A stretch of 64,000 nt of DNA from Eledone cirrhosa (GCA_964016885.1 OZ024746.1:84134001-84198000); one strand, 5' to 3'; positions 28,177 through 42,255 are shown, numbered from the stretch's first letter. Program-made: numbers and translations. Notes: generated by a model from the letters alone, not told the origin.

Positions 28177-30096
28177 GTGTGGCTGAAAGTGAATAAGCAA
28201 CTGAAATGGATATCGACTCTCGACAACAACACCACGGAATCCACCACACCCAGATTCCCGATATACCAACTAGATCGCCCACTCTATCCACCGCCCGCCA
28301 ACCGCGAGCTGGAAGAAAAACTCTCGAGACTAAAACATTCCGTATTTAACATCTTACGGAAACAGAAGAAGTTGGCCCCTAACCTCTCCAGGACACAACA
28401 ACTCGCCCTGAAGAACCTACGGAATAAGGAACTTATTTACTTACCATCCGACAAAGGTAAAGAGTTCTGCGTCATCTCTCAAGCCACATACAATAACCTA
28501 GCCTTCGAACACCTAAGCGACAGTGAACTGTACACAGTGATCCCGGACATGACCGCAGCCCAAATCGAAAAACAGACCAACTCCATTTGGTTCGATATCT
28601 GTAGGAGAAGACAACTCCCGAATAAAATTAAACTCAACTACACCACTAGAAATAGCAGACTGCCCACTTTCTACCACCTCATCAAGACCCACAAGAATAG
28701 CACTAAGACGCATATAAGATCCATCGTTTCTAGCATAGAAGGACCCCTATACAAAATTTCCTGGCTTCTCTCCCAGGTCCTCAAGCCTCTACTCTCCACC
28801 TTCCCCGGGCATGTCAGTAGCTCCGACGAAGTTATACGTAGATTACACCAACTCCAGCCAGAACAACTTAAACTTAATAAATACGCTTTTAGCCTCGACG
28901 TTGTCTCCCTCTACACTACAGTCCCCGCTCACCCAGCTGTCGATTTATTGACGGACTGCGTGGTCGCGGAGAACATCCACTGCTACGGCCTCCACCCGAC
29001 GGACATACACCAACTTTTGTCCTTCACAGTAGACAACACGTACTTCACCTTCCACCACCACACATACAGACAGACAACAGGATTACCCATGGGATCCAGC
29101 CTCTCTGGCCTGCTGGCCATCACTTACATGAACCAGCTAGAATGCCGAGCCCTCAACACCTGCCATTCCCATGCCTTCTTCACCCGATATGTAGATGACA
29201 TACTCATCCTTACATCATCCCGTGAGGAGGCAGAGAAAATATACACAACATTCTCCAGCATGGACGCCAGTATAAAGTTCAGCATAGAACACCCCGATGA
29301 CCGCGGATCCCTATCCCTACTGGACTTCCAACTCAGGGTAACAGAGGAAGGCAACATCCACACCTGCTTCTATAAAAAATCCGCCAGCAGGGACCTGTTC
29401 GTACATTTCAGATCGGCCCTCCCACTCGGTGCCAAGTTCGGATACATAAAGAACGAACTGGCACGTATCAAGAACAAATGCACCGACGCCAGAGACCGAG
29501 ACACACACACCACACATTTCCTGGAAGTACTCAAACTGAACGGATACACGACATCCACCACAAACCGTGCCAGAAAGAACAGAGGACACCACACCCGAGG
29601 CACTAACACTTGCTTCCTGAAGCTCCCACACTTCAGTGAAGAAACAACAACAGCCATCCGCAGAGCCATCAGACGAGAAGGTCTGGATATTCAACTGGCC
29701 CATTCGGGTCCTTCTTTGCGTGGACGGCTAGCTAAGAGACACTCCACCAGACATGACAACTGCTGCAGACTAGCCAACTGCCCCATCAACGACACAGACC
29801 TATGCCACCAGGCTTACGTAGTTTACAGACTAGAGTGTGACAAATGCAACAACTTCTACGTAGGTAGCACCACCAGACCACTCCACATAAGAATAAAAGA
29901 ACACCTCAATACTAACGCTTCCTCATTTAAGAAACACCTAGTTAAATGAAAAAACACTGATAAAAACATAACAGTTACGATAGAAACTAAGGAAAGAAAC
30001 CTCGGCAATCTTAGAATCAAGGAAGCACTCATTATAGATAGAACACATCCACCAATCAATAATAGACTAGAGCTCAACACCCAATTTATAACCTGA
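28177..30096 (+). CDS. Penelope-like element (Naiad-like) RT + C-terminal GIY-YIG endonuclease ORF, 5'-truncated, with an in-frame TGA at 29947-29949 (candidate Sec)
   Basis: PLE RT motifs PSDKG, FYHLIKTHK, SLDVVSLYT, GLPMGSSLS, RYVDD, LLDFQL. Linker CRLANCP. GIY-YIG motifs VVYRLECDKC...YVGSTTRPLHIRIKEH...KKH. The same frame continues past TGA for 48 codons (KNTDKNITVTIETKERNLGNLRIKEALIIDRTHPPINNRLELNTQFIT*) and carries the R..E...I....P..N endonuclease end. The GTG start is probably not the real start. Confidence 0.92.
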
Positions 30097-30628
30097 TAGG
30101 GCCTCTAGCCCCACTTTACACACCCCACACATACGCACGCGCACACCTCCACTTATTCTCTCTCACACATACACACACAAAACCAGTTCTAACACCAGAT
30201 AACACCTACCCCCCACTTTTACGATTAGACCTATCTTCCCACACTCACACACACACACCCACATACCTACACCTTCATGCTTTCTCCCACACACATATAC
30301 AGGCACGCATATAAAATTTAAAAAAACACAACAAAAACATAAACAAACCCCTCTTAAAGGGAGACTACTCTTTACCCACCTAATTTTAATTCTTTGATAT
30401 TAAAGTTAGAACTCTATACTATTTCCGGTCAGCATGGCTTCATTGGAAATTTAAGACGCTGGTCTGAGACTTTTACTTCCCTCCGAAGAAGAGATATTAT
30501 CTCGAAAATTAAGGACATTTAAATAAATTCAAGGTGAAAGACGAATTCTCATCAATATCTCTCACTATTGCATTCTTTTTTCTATGTCCATATCTGCATT
30601 GTCTTGGCCTTATTACACATATTCTAAC

Positions 30629-30631
<3 letters not shown>
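28190..30631 (+). mobile_element. Penelope-like retroelement (ORF plus 3' pLTR region) ending in (TA)n
   Basis: ORF above, C/A-rich 3' region, hammerhead-like motif near 30480, AATAAA near 30522, abrupt junction into (TA)n near 30632. The 5' boundary is approximate. Confidence 0.85.
30480..30513 (+). ncRNA. Variant hammerhead-like motif in the PLE 3' region
   Basis: CCT-CCGAAGA(A)-GAGATATTATCTC-GAAA-ATTA-AGG. The core deviates (U4 to C, extra A). Confidence 0.45.
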
Positions 30632-30681
<50 letters not shown>

Positions 30682-30793
30682 GGAGGTGAGTTTTATTGCT
30701 TTATTGTAGTACAATAAAGCAATGCAGATATTGGATAAGTAGCACTCTACAGTTTGTAGGACTGGAGTATAAATAATAATATATAAGATCAAA

Positions 30794-30854
30794 TATCTGA
30801 CGAAAACGCAAATGGTATTGCATGATGATATTTGTTTTTGAAATGCGCATAATA
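30794..30854 (+). ncRNA. Minimal type-I hammerhead ribozyme, stem I truncated by an inverted segment
   Basis: TAT-CTGACGA-AAACGCAAATG...TATTTGTTTTT-GAAA-TGCGCA-TA-ATA. Flanked by inverted repeats TATATAAGATCAAA / TTTGATCTTATATA. Confidence 0.7.
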
Positions 30855-31301
30855 AAATACATGGAACTCTTTTAACCATCTTTTGATCTTATATATTATT
30901 ATATATATATATATATATTTGTGTATAATGGTAGCTATGGTGCTTCCATAGGCGGTATGCCAAAATTAGCACTCGATATTCAGCAGAGTAGAGTGTAGAT
31001 AGTATAAAGAAAACGAAAAATCAGTGATGCATCTGGACTTAATTTATTGCGTGTTACAATTGTTTCGCCGGCAGGTAGCTCGAGACATGGTCCCTGTATG
31101 GATCTGGTTGATTCTACGGCAGCAGGTTTTTTTCAGACACGGGTATTTCGTTCGGAGCACGTTTTATCACTCAGTGAAAAAATTTGCTCCGAACGAAATA
31201 CCCGTGTCTGATAAATTATGTCCAGATGCATCACTGATTTTGGGTTTTCTTTATACTATATATATATATACACACGAACACATACACAAACGGTCACACA
31301 A

Positions 31302-31423
<122 letters not shown>

Positions 31424-32207
31424 AAAATCCCGACCGCGGCACCATGCGCCGAAACCTCTTGATTAGGGGGTCTCCCCGGTCTCAGCACCGCAGACTCTCT
31501 CTCTCTTTCTCTCTCTCTCTCTATCCCCCCTCCCTTCTCTCTCTCTGTATGTAAGTGTGTGTATATATGTGATAACTGCCACTTCTTTACAGAAGACGGT
31601 CATCTTTTCAACTAATTACCTGCTATTATGAACCACCGCCAACTGCAGAGTGCTGGCCAGTTTGATGACTGAACAGTCTTTGTTTAGGTCACCATTTCTA
31701 GAACCTTCCCATGTAGTACGGTTGAGCAGTCTCTACTTCTTTTTGGAGCTGCAGTCATGGGTCAACCAAAACCCAAGATGTGTTGACAGACATTTTAGGG
31801 CGAAAATGTTAGTGGTGGCATGTCAACTCGTGTATTCTATAGAGGTTTAGGGATAGGTAAGAGATGGGCCATGATGTACCCGAAATCATGTGGCTATGAA
31901 GCGAATGTCTCAACCACAAAGACATTTTTGCGGCTATTGGAAGCAAACTTTTGGCAGCTACAACCCCACTAACTGCTATAATCCTAAAAGCTTTCTTTAA
32001 ACTGAGTTGAGTTTTCTGAGTATGCACTGTTGAACTTTCATGCAGGCGAGACAGACGTGTTCTACATTACTCCGGACTTGTGCTTTATTGGGGGTTTGCT
32101 CTTCGTTCTGTATGGAACTTGTTCCTGATTTTATGAAGAGTTCCTAGCTTCTGTGAAGCTATTACATATAATGGAGATATATTCTGCTTGCATTATTTTT
32201 ATATTCT

Positions 32208-32392
32208 TGGCGGTGAATTGGCAGTATCGGTAGAGAGTCGGACATGCTTTCCAGCATAGTTACGTCCCTTTACGATTTGAGTTCAAATCCGGCCGAGGTT
32301 AACTTTGCCTTTCATCCTTACGGGGTCGATAAAATAAAGTACCAGTAATGTACTGGGTAATTGCTGGCCTTGTGCCTAAAATAGAAACAATT
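32208..32392 (+). mobile_element. tRNA-derived SINE (dominant family)
   Basis: Full-length match to the 3598 copy. Confidence 0.9.
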
Positions 32393-32964
32393 ATTTTTAT
32401 ATTCTTGGTAAAACCTGAATTCAAACGAATCAGCGAGGGAGCCTGTACGTGGTCTCTCGACTTGCTATAGAACAAATAGCTTTCCAATCTCACTTCTGCA
32501 TTTAAAAAGGAAAGAACACATAGATGATGTAAACCTAGACATTTCCCCTGACACTTTAAAAGGTGAGATAATTGCGGGTAGAATATTTTTTATCACAGGC
32601 GCCCTCAACTAAGATAAAATTGGAGCTAAGCAATAGATGACAGAATTTCAAGTTTACGTTTCATGGTCTCCTTACAATAGCCAACATGTAATTCTAGGTT
32701 TGATAATCTACATTTGATAAAACTTTCTTGGTTCAAACGTTATCCTACCAAAATATCAGTTGCAAGAACACTTGCTGATGTTGCTGGCACAAACAGTGTA
32801 AAGTAGAGTGGTCAGTATTCTGGTACAGCCCGTTTATAAAGGCGTTGAGCAGGTAATTTATTTGAGAACAGAAGCGCAATAAGTATTGAGCGTTAGGGGA
32901 CAAATGAATTGTTGGGATAACCGATAAGAATATTGACACACACACACACCCACACACACCCACA

Positions 32965-33027
<63 letters not shown>

Positions 33028-33133
33028 TATACACACACACGCACACACACGCGCATATACATATATATATATGGAAAAGGTAAATAGAAATAACAACACA
33101 ATCGGTACAGTATATGGAAGGAATATATTAGGT

Positions 33134-33250
<117 letters not shown>

Positions 33251-33478
33251 CATATCTGTGTAGGTATGTATATTCCCTCTGATAGTTTGTAAAATTTTTA
33301 CATAGATCTATATGATATACATACCATCACACACATATATATCCTAGAAACGATCGTAAAATGAATTTTTTAATATAAGGAACTGTTTCTTTGTTTTTAT
33401 TCATTATTTTTATTCATTGTTTTTATTAATTTATATATATATATATATATGGGTGAAAGCTTAAACTTTAATCTGTTA

Positions 33479-33526
<48 letters not shown>

Positions 33527-33753
33527 AATATATATATATATTACAGGGTGGTATTTTACATAGTTACCGCCTTCCAAAGTTTTCTATCCTGCGGGGATTG
33601 CCCTGCCCAGGTTCAGTCTGGGTATCGTCTGGATCAGTATAAGTTGTGTGAGAGACATGTATATATATATGCGTGTGTGTGTGTGTAATCTATATATACT
33701 ATAAAATATTTATGTGTGTGTATACATACATTTGTAACTTATAGATAGATTTG

Positions 33754-34111
33754 TTTCTTTATTAGCCACAGGGGCACAAAAGAAGGGGACAAATACAAAG
33801 GGGGAAGTTTACATACTATAAAAACGTGTAAAATACTATCACAAATGCAATTTAAAAAATTAGTCGATTTTACCCAATAGGGGGAGACAGTTCATATGGG
33901 TAACACATGCCCCCGAATAAATGTGCAACCCTCATCTCCAGGAGTACGAAGAGTTTGTACTCCTTTCCTCTCCTCCCCCTTTTCCTCAACCTACAGGCTG
34001 ATATAGAGAGAAGGCCCATTCACTCGGGCCATTGTCGCCACTTTCACCCACCTTTCATAAAACTTCTCTCCATCCTGATTCTTCTTCCAAAGTGGTATTT
34101 GAAAAAAAGAA
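33754..34111 (-). mobile_element. Tx1/L1-like LINE 3' end in (GATA)n
   Basis: Reverse-complement homologue of 37775-38152. Shorter pieces at about 35479-35541 and 49643-49712. Confidence 0.6.
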
Positions 34112-34339
34112 TAGATAGATAGATAGATATGTTGTAATGAATAACATAAGATGAAACTAAACAATATAAAGCTGAGGGAGACGATTTATGTGATGACGTT
34201 GTTACTCAGAGTTTCATTAAATGCTTACATAATATCGATTGATATCCTTTGTTTTCAATGATATCTCTTACAGATATTATGTAACCATCTAGTAGCAACA
34301 TAAGCATTTCTGGAGATTATGTATGCATATATCATGCAC

Positions 34340-34482
<143 letters not shown>

Positions 34483-34483
34483 C

Positions 34484-34541
<58 letters not shown>

Positions 34542-34620
34542 ACTCCAGTCCCACAAACTGTAGAGTGCTTCTTATCCGATATCTGCATTGCTTTATTGTA
34601 CTACAATAAAACTCACCTCC

Positions 34621-34688
<68 letters not shown>

Positions 34689-34720
34689 CATATATATATT
34701 CATTTATTATGGGTAAGCAG

Positions 34721-34777
<57 letters not shown>

Positions 34778-36155
34778 ATGTGTCTATTGATAGATTTATG
34801 TTTTTTGGCGGCGATTTGACAGTCGTTAGAGTTCAAGCCCCGCCGAAGTCAACTTAGTCTTTCATCCTTTGGCGGTTGATAAATAAAGTACCAATCAATT
34901 ACTGGGGGGGGGGTCAATTCTTTCTGTATGTCTCTCGGCCACTTTCCCTCTTTTTCGCTAGTTCTCTTTCTCTGAAAGGAATCGGTTTGTATTTAGACTT
35001 GGAGAGGGATGGGCTAAACCAGGTATAGATAATCGAGGTACGCCGTACATCACAACAAAACACCTGTTGGACCTCAATCAATCTATTTATCTATCTACCT
35101 AGCTACCTACCTATCTACCTACATGCCTGCCTACCTACCTACCTACCTACCTACCTACCTACCTACCTATCTACCTACTACCTACCTACCTACCTACCTA
35201 CCTACCTACCTACCTACCTACCTACCTACCTAGCTACCTACCTACCTACCTACCTACCTACCTAGCTACCTATCTACCTACCTATCTACCTACTACCTAC
35301 CTACCTACCTACCTACCTACCTAGCTACCTACCTACCTACCTACCTACCTACCTACCTACCTACCTACCTACCTACCTATCTACCTACTACCTACCTACC
35401 TACCTACCTACCTACCTACCTACCTAGCTACCTATCTACCTACTACCTACCTATCTACTAGTTTTATTTTCATATACCTGTATGTAAACTTCCCATTTGT
35501 ACTTGTCCCCTTCTTTTGTGCCCTTGTGGCTAATAAAGAAATTTATCTGTCTATCTGTCGGCCTGTCTGTCTGACTCTATGCATGTATGCATGCATGTAT
35601 GCATGCATGCATGTATGCATGCATGTATGTATGTGTACACCACAATATCCATTGAATCTGCTGGGGAAATCCAAGTGTACTTTCGCGTATATAAACTAAG
35701 AATTCAGAAGCACGTGTCTGACGAAAGGGAAAGACATTTCATAAACAAGCACAAAAGATCAACAAGAGCCACCGCAGCCCACACAAACTACCAGCACAAC
35801 TATTCCAGCCAAACGAAGGAACTTCTGAAAGATCGCCCGACTTACTAGAAATAGCAGCAACATCCTCAAATTAACTCACCCTCCCGCCTCGTCATATTAG
35901 ATAATGTAGTCCGTCATACTTCTAAAACGATTAGGTGGTCACGGCTGGAACACTTTGTAATCGGAGCGTTTGACCTATGGTTAAACAGCAACAATAACAA
36001 CAATAATAATTGTTTCTACTTTAGACACAGGCCAGCAATCACCCAGTGTATTACTGGTACTTTATTTTATCGACCCCGTAAGGATGAAAGGCAAAGTTAA
36101 CCGCGGCGGGATTATAATAATATTTACTCATACAACTACAACAACAACAACAACA

Positions 36156-36196
<41 letters not shown>

Positions 36197-36253
36197 TATA
36201 CTGATGAGAGTGAACCATCACCACTACCGCCACCACTGAACATTTAATAACAC

Positions 36254-36308
<55 letters not shown>

Positions 36309-36402
36309 TGGTGTTGTAGCAGTAGTCGTCGTAGTAGTAGTAGTAGTAGTGGTAGTAGTTGTTGGTGTTGTTGTTGCAATAGTAATAGTAGTAGTAGTAG
36401 TC

Positions 36403-36461
<59 letters not shown>

Positions 36462-36911
36462 CGTAGTAGTAGTAGTTGGTGGTGTTGTTGTAGTTGTAGT
36501 AGTAGTAGTAGTAGTGGTGGTGGTGGTGGTATTAGAAATAGTAGTGGTATTAACAGCTTGTAGGAACATCAATCTTTATATAAGACTGAACACGACTACG
36601 GCGATTAAAGCTCGGTAACGTAACAACGTAGGTAAGAAGCAAGGCTGCTGCCGTTTTTAAAATAAAACAGCATCAGCCACAGAGAAGACTCCATAAAATA
36701 ACATTAGAATGGTAGTTAACAGACTACACAATGATCCGGTTTTGGATTTTCACGGCATTTCTCATCCCTCTAGGTTGCTATATCTACACGAACGCTCAGG
36801 ACGACTTCTCAAGTAAGACATTCCCTTATATCTTAAGCTGAGATAAATAGTATTTGTCTACCCAAATCCCACCTATATACCCACACAAAAAAAATAAAAA
36901 TAATAATATTA

Positions 36912-36960
<49 letters not shown>

Positions 36961-37774
36961 GACGATAAATGAAACAATTATGATTATCATTATTGGTGTT
37001 ATTGTGTTTCGATCTGTGCCTATATAACAACTGTTGCGATCCTGTAGTTAATAACTGTAGTCTTTTACTTTCCTTCTACAATTCCTTGTCTGTTTTTTTG
37101 TTCTCTATTCTCTATTCTCTATTCCACCCACCACACTTTCTATTTTGACTTCTCCCTTTCTACCCCCCCCCCCCCCTCCTCCCATCTCCCACTCCGTCTT
37201 CCTGTTCCGTGTTTTCATTTTCAGTTTCCCCTTCCTGCGTTTTACTTTTTCCACATCATTTTTATTTATATTTTTTTTTTTTTTCCCGCGGTATAAAGTG
37301 TATGAGAAAGACAGAAAGATAGGGTGGGTGAAAGATACAACAAAGAGAGAGAGAGAGAGAGAGGGTGGGTGGGTGAAAGAAAAGAAAGGAGAAGAGGGGG
37401 GGTGGGTGAAAGAAAAGAAAGGAGAAGAGGGGGGGGTTGGAGTGTTCCACATTAGAGTTGTCTTTCATTCAACTGTGCTTGTCGACAAGTATATAAATAG
37501 ATTTCTTTATTACAAGTATATAAATAGAGGAATATACACACATGCGCGTGTTCATTTTCATTCTGATGCCAACAACACTTGGTTATTTCTTAGTATCTAA
37601 GTATCTTAGTATCTAATCCCGCCGAGGTTGACTTTGCCTTTCATCCTTACGGGGTCGATAAAATAAAGTACCAGTAATGAACTGGGTGATTGCTGGCCTT
37701 GTGCCTAAAGTAGAAACAGTTATTTCTTAGTATCTATCTATCTATCTATCTATTCTTAGAAATCTATCTATCTA

Positions 37775-38152
37775 TTCTTTTTTTCAAATACCACTTTGGA
37801 AGAAGAATCAGGATGGAGAGAGAGGTGCTGTACCCCAGCAAGTTTTATGAAAGGTGGGTGAAAGTGGCGAGAATGGCCCGAGTGAATGGGCCTTCTCTCT
37901 ATATCAGCCTGTAGGTTGAGGGAAAGGGGGAAGAGAGGAAAGGGGTACAAACTCTTCGTACTCCTGGAGTTGAGGGTTGCACATTTTTTTCAGGGGTATG
38001 TGTTACCCATATGTAATGTCTCCCCCTATTGGGGAAAATCGATTAATTTTTAAATTGCATTTGTGATAGTATTTTACACGTTTTTATAGTATGTAAACTT
38101 CCCCCTTTTGTATTTATCCCCTTCTTTTGTGCCCCTGTGGCTAATAAAGAAA
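37775..38152 (+). mobile_element. Tx1/L1-like LINE 3' end in (TATC)n
   Basis: FFKYHFGRRIRMER...FYERW... followed by a 3' UTR ending GGCTAATAAAGAAA. (TATC)n on both sides. Confidence 0.6.
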
Positions 38153-38219
38153 CATATCTATCTATCTATATATTTCTCTCTCTCTTTCTATATATATATA
38201 TATACATATATATATATAC

Positions 38220-38320
<101 letters not shown>

Positions 38321-38432
38321 TATATATATGTATATATGTGCGCGTGTGTGTGTGTGTGTGCAAAAGATAAACAGAAATAACAACACAATTGGTACAGTAT
38401 ATGGAGGAAATATATATATATATATTATATAT

Positions 38433-38560
38433 AGTTTTAATATAGATGAGATTCTACAGGACAAGAACTGTTTCATTCTTTAGAAATCATCAGGAATTCC
38501 TGATGATTTCTAAAGAATGAAACAGTTCTAGTCCTGTAGAATCTCATCTATATTAAAACT
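38433..38560. repeat. 128-bp spacerless palindrome (one mismatched pair)
   Basis: Centre CAGGAA|TTCCTG at 38496/38497. Arms checked by eye. Confidence 0.9.
38496..38542 (+). ncRNA. Type-I hammerhead ribozyme, with a mirror copy on the minus strand at 38451-38497
   Basis: ATTC-CTGATGA-TTTCTAAAGAAT-GAAACAG(ttctagtc)CTGTA-GAAT. The first stem II pair is a T-T mismatch. Confidence 0.7.
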
Positions 38561-38629
38561 TTTATACTCTGCAATGTATTGAGTACCCTACTTACTGTGC
38601 TTACCTCCGATTCAACCCGGAATAACGTA

Positions 38630-38739
<110 letters not shown>

Positions 38740-38830
38740 TGTGTGTGTTAAATATTTACATAGAAAAGGTAAAGGAAAGAAGAGTGCTCTATGTATAGAA
38801 CAGAGCTATTTAATTATTGTTGTTTATTAC

Positions 38831-38874
<44 letters not shown>

Positions 38875-39101
38875 TATATAATAAAAGTAACGAAGATCGC
38901 AGGTATACATTCACCGTCCCCCGGCCACCGTCTGTCTGTCTGTCTGTCTATCACTATCTCTGTCTCTCTTCATTTTAACTATAAATTCATTCTACCGTCT
39001 AAATGTATATATTTTCTATATTTATAGTGAATCTCTCAGTTCTTATAATTGACCCCACATACAAACACACACACATTCTCTCTCTCTCACTCTCTCTCTC
39101 A

Positions 39102-39197
<96 letters not shown>

Positions 39198-39199
<2 letters not shown>

Positions 39200-39304
39200 C
39201 GAAGGAAGTGTGGGTAAGGAACCAGGTGGACCATAATGTCCAGAAATAGCCATAGCCGTCGAAACGGCTTGAGCTCTGCCGTCGGGGTCCTGACTCTTTT
39301 CCTA
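39198..39304. mobile_element. Internally deleted copy of the fold-back family
   Basis: Same left end (AACGAAGGAAGT...GGACCATAA) and right arm (...GTCGAAACGGCTTGAGCTCTGCCGTCGGGGTCCTGACTCTTTTCCTA). Confidence 0.65.
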
Positions 39305-40139
39305 TATATATAAAGCCCCTATAAGGGTTCCCCGGAGGCACGAACTCCCGCGGAAAATGTTTCCTCTTCAATTTATATGAAATTTAAACCATAGGTAAAT
39401 GACAAGATATGATGCCTATTCCCAAAATTTCAGCAAATTTCAATAATATTAAGACACCTTAATGGAGGTTAAAGGCCCTATAGTGAAAATTCTGGTCTAT
39501 AAATGGAACAAGATTTCATGAACTCCTCCTATGGTTTTGGAGATAGACCTTCATAACCATATATATTCTGAAACTAAATTGCCCAGGGTACTTGGATAAG
39601 TATATTTCATTTTAATCAAAGGGTTCCCGGGGGGGGGGGGGGAAACAAACGCCCGCTGAAAACTCCCGCTGAAACTTTTCTCCCTTCGATTTATATGAAA
39701 TTTAAATCATAGGTAAATGACAAGATATGATGCTTATTCACAAAATTTCAGCAAATTTCAATAATATTAAGACACCATAATGGGGGTTAAACCCCCTATT
39801 AGGGTTCCCCGGAGGCAACATTTTTTCCCTTCGATTTATATGAAATTTAAACCTAGGTACATGACAAGATATAATGCCTATTCACAAAAGTTTGGAATTG
39901 ATATTTTGAAAAAAATTATTTACAAGAAACAAAATAAGAATAAGATTTAATAATGTAATTTTGATTTTGATATATTACAAAAAATAATGTTTTCCAATTT
40001 TTCATGCATTACATTTTACATGGAGTAATATTGAAATGCAGAGTTTCTCCATAAATTATATCACTGATTTAAAATCAATCATCATTTTCTTACAAAAAAA
40101 AATGTGTGAAACGCAGCAAGGCGCAGGTAATTCGGCTAG
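39302..40139 (+). mobile_element. Non-autonomous Helitron-like element with internal tandem duplications
   Basis: Starts CTATATATATAAAG and ends with a GC-rich imperfect hairpin plus CTAG|T. Three internal copies of an ~100-bp block (near 39360, 39675 and 39820). Confidence 0.6.
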
Positions 40140-40150
40140 TATATATATAT

Positions 40151-40369
40151 AAGAACAGATTAAAGTTCAAGCAAAGAGCTGCATTTTTTCGACCATCGCC
40201 AGAGAACGTCTTCACGAACCAAAATATCGTCTTCCTGATTTCCTTCGGTTGTAACGTTTTTTGAAATATTTACTTCTGCATCCACAGATTGATTTTTTTC
40301 AGTTTCAGAAGATTCCATTAAGGGTGAAAAAAAGCAGCGATTCTTTGCTTAAACTTTAATCTTTTCTTT

Positions 40370-40372
<3 letters not shown>
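40151..40372 (+). mobile_element. Short copy of the 42270-family PLE terminus, with an inverted 5' piece, in (TA)n
   Basis: About 190 bp homologous to 42270-42460 (reverse complement). The first ~27 bp is the reverse complement of its own 3' end. Confidence 0.7.
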
Positions 40373-40413
<41 letters not shown>

Positions 40414-40617
40414 CAGGGGCGGTGGAAGCGTTTCTGAATTGGGCAGTGGAGGGTGGGGGAAAATTTGGTCAATTTAGTTGTTGTGATTAGTTTAGCTGTT
40501 ATTATCAAATATCAACCAAGATATGAAAAGGACTTCGATATGTGATAAACATAATATGCACATAAATTGTAGCGCATATACAAATATGTGTTATGGTAGT
40601 TTTGGGAGAAAAAAAAA

Positions 40618-40655
<38 letters not shown>

Positions 40656-40662
40656 ACATATA

Positions 40663-40739
40663 CAGGGTGTCCCCAAAAAATGTATATATACTTCAACAGC
40701 GTTCTAATAAATACGTGTATACATTTTGGGGACACCCTG
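40663..40739. mobile_element. Tiny Tc1/mariner-type MITE (decayed copy at about 51617-51696)
   Basis: TA-CAGGGTGTCCCCAAAA...TTTTGGGGACACCCTG-TA. Confidence 0.75.
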
Positions 40740-41316
40740 TATATATATAATGATAGTAATTGAAGCTAGTCTTTGGTAAACAAAAAGTTTTATGGCATAA
40801 AATTATGATGGAAATTTAAAATTTTAAATTTCCATCATAATATATATATATTGTTATACTTTGGGAGGGTCATGTTGCCAATAAGAAACACACGCACCAG
40901 TTGCTTTCACTTCAATTTATTATATAGAGGTCACAGAGTGTGTGACGAAAGGACTATGACTATATATAAACAACTATCTGGTTGTGGAACCAACCAACCA
41001 ACCAGAAATTTATAAATTTATAAACTTGTAAATTTATAAATATATAATAAATTAAAGTGAAAGCAACTGGTGCGTGTGTTTCTTATTGGCAACATGACCC
41101 TCCCAAAGTATAACAATATCGGTTTCAACACACGATTTCAGATAAAGAATCTTGCCAAACAAATTCAGAAACGAAATATATATATATATATATATATAGG
41201 TGTATGTATGTATGTATGTATGTATGTATGTATGTATGTATGTATGTATGTATGTATGTATGTATGTATGTATGTATGTATGTATGTATGTGTTTATGTA
41301 TGTATGCATATATATA

Positions 41317-41540
41317 TGTACCGGAATACTCCTATGTTTTACCGGCGAAGATTCAAAACCGAATCTAAGAATTCTCGCGTCTGGGACGACCTATAATTGG
41401 AAGTTCTTACGATTGTCTTGTCAAGAAACAAGTATGATAAACATACATACTACTTGACCTGTGATGCCAGCTTGTAGACAGAAGAAACACAGATGGCTAC
41501 CCATAAACCAACCCATAAATACATCCTTCTAGCTATAGGG
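41317..41540 (+). mobile_element. Partial LTR, same family as 3961-4294
   Basis: TGTACCGGAATACTCCTATGTTTTACCGGCGAAGATTC matches the reverse complement of 4225-4290. Confidence 0.55.
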
Positions 41541-41542
41541 TT

Positions 41543-41752
41543 ATCTATATATATAAAACTGTTGTTGTCTGTGTGTATGTGTGTCCTCATTTTTTGCAAA
41601 GTCTATACACATCCATATTTCTACTCCGATTGACTTCAAACTTGCATTTATATATTCCTGGCAGTCTAAAGATACTAACTGCAGCTTTTATTTTTCAATT
41701 TTCTGTTGTTAAAGGGGTGTTAGGCGCCGGATATCGATCTCCGCCGAGCCCT
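41543..41752 (+). mobile_element. Helitron-like 5' fragment
   Basis: A|TCTATATATATAAAA...TGTGTGTCC...CCGATTGACTTCAAACTT resembles 5' ends of invertebrate non-autonomous Helitrons. Confidence 0.5.
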
Positions 41753-41872
41753 TATAATTGTTTCTACTTTAGGCACAAGGCCAGCCAATTTCCAGTGCAT
41801 TGTCTGTATGTCTGGCTATCTGCATAACGACATTCTGACGAACACGTCATTGCTGACGTATTATCTTCGCTA

Positions 41873-41920
<48 letters not shown>

Positions 41921-42079
41921 CATATATACTTAAATATACATATATATATACACATATATACATATACACACACATATATACACATATACATATATATATA
42001 TATACATATACAAACACATATACACATATATATATACACATACATATATATATAAATATACACATAAAAATGAATGTAT

Positions 42080-42142
<63 letters not shown>

Positions 42143-42189
42143 CATACACACACATATATATATATATAAATATGCACACACACACACAT

Positions 42190-42255
<66 letters not shown>

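Noticed and set aside
28513-30080. Antisense ORFs over the PLE
   Set aside because: Shadows of the sense-strand codon bias.
30390-30475. SECIS candidates (TTGAT...AA..., ATGG...AAA...TGAG)
   Set aside because: No proper AUGA/GA quartet with an 11-13-bp helix by eye; needs SECISearch.
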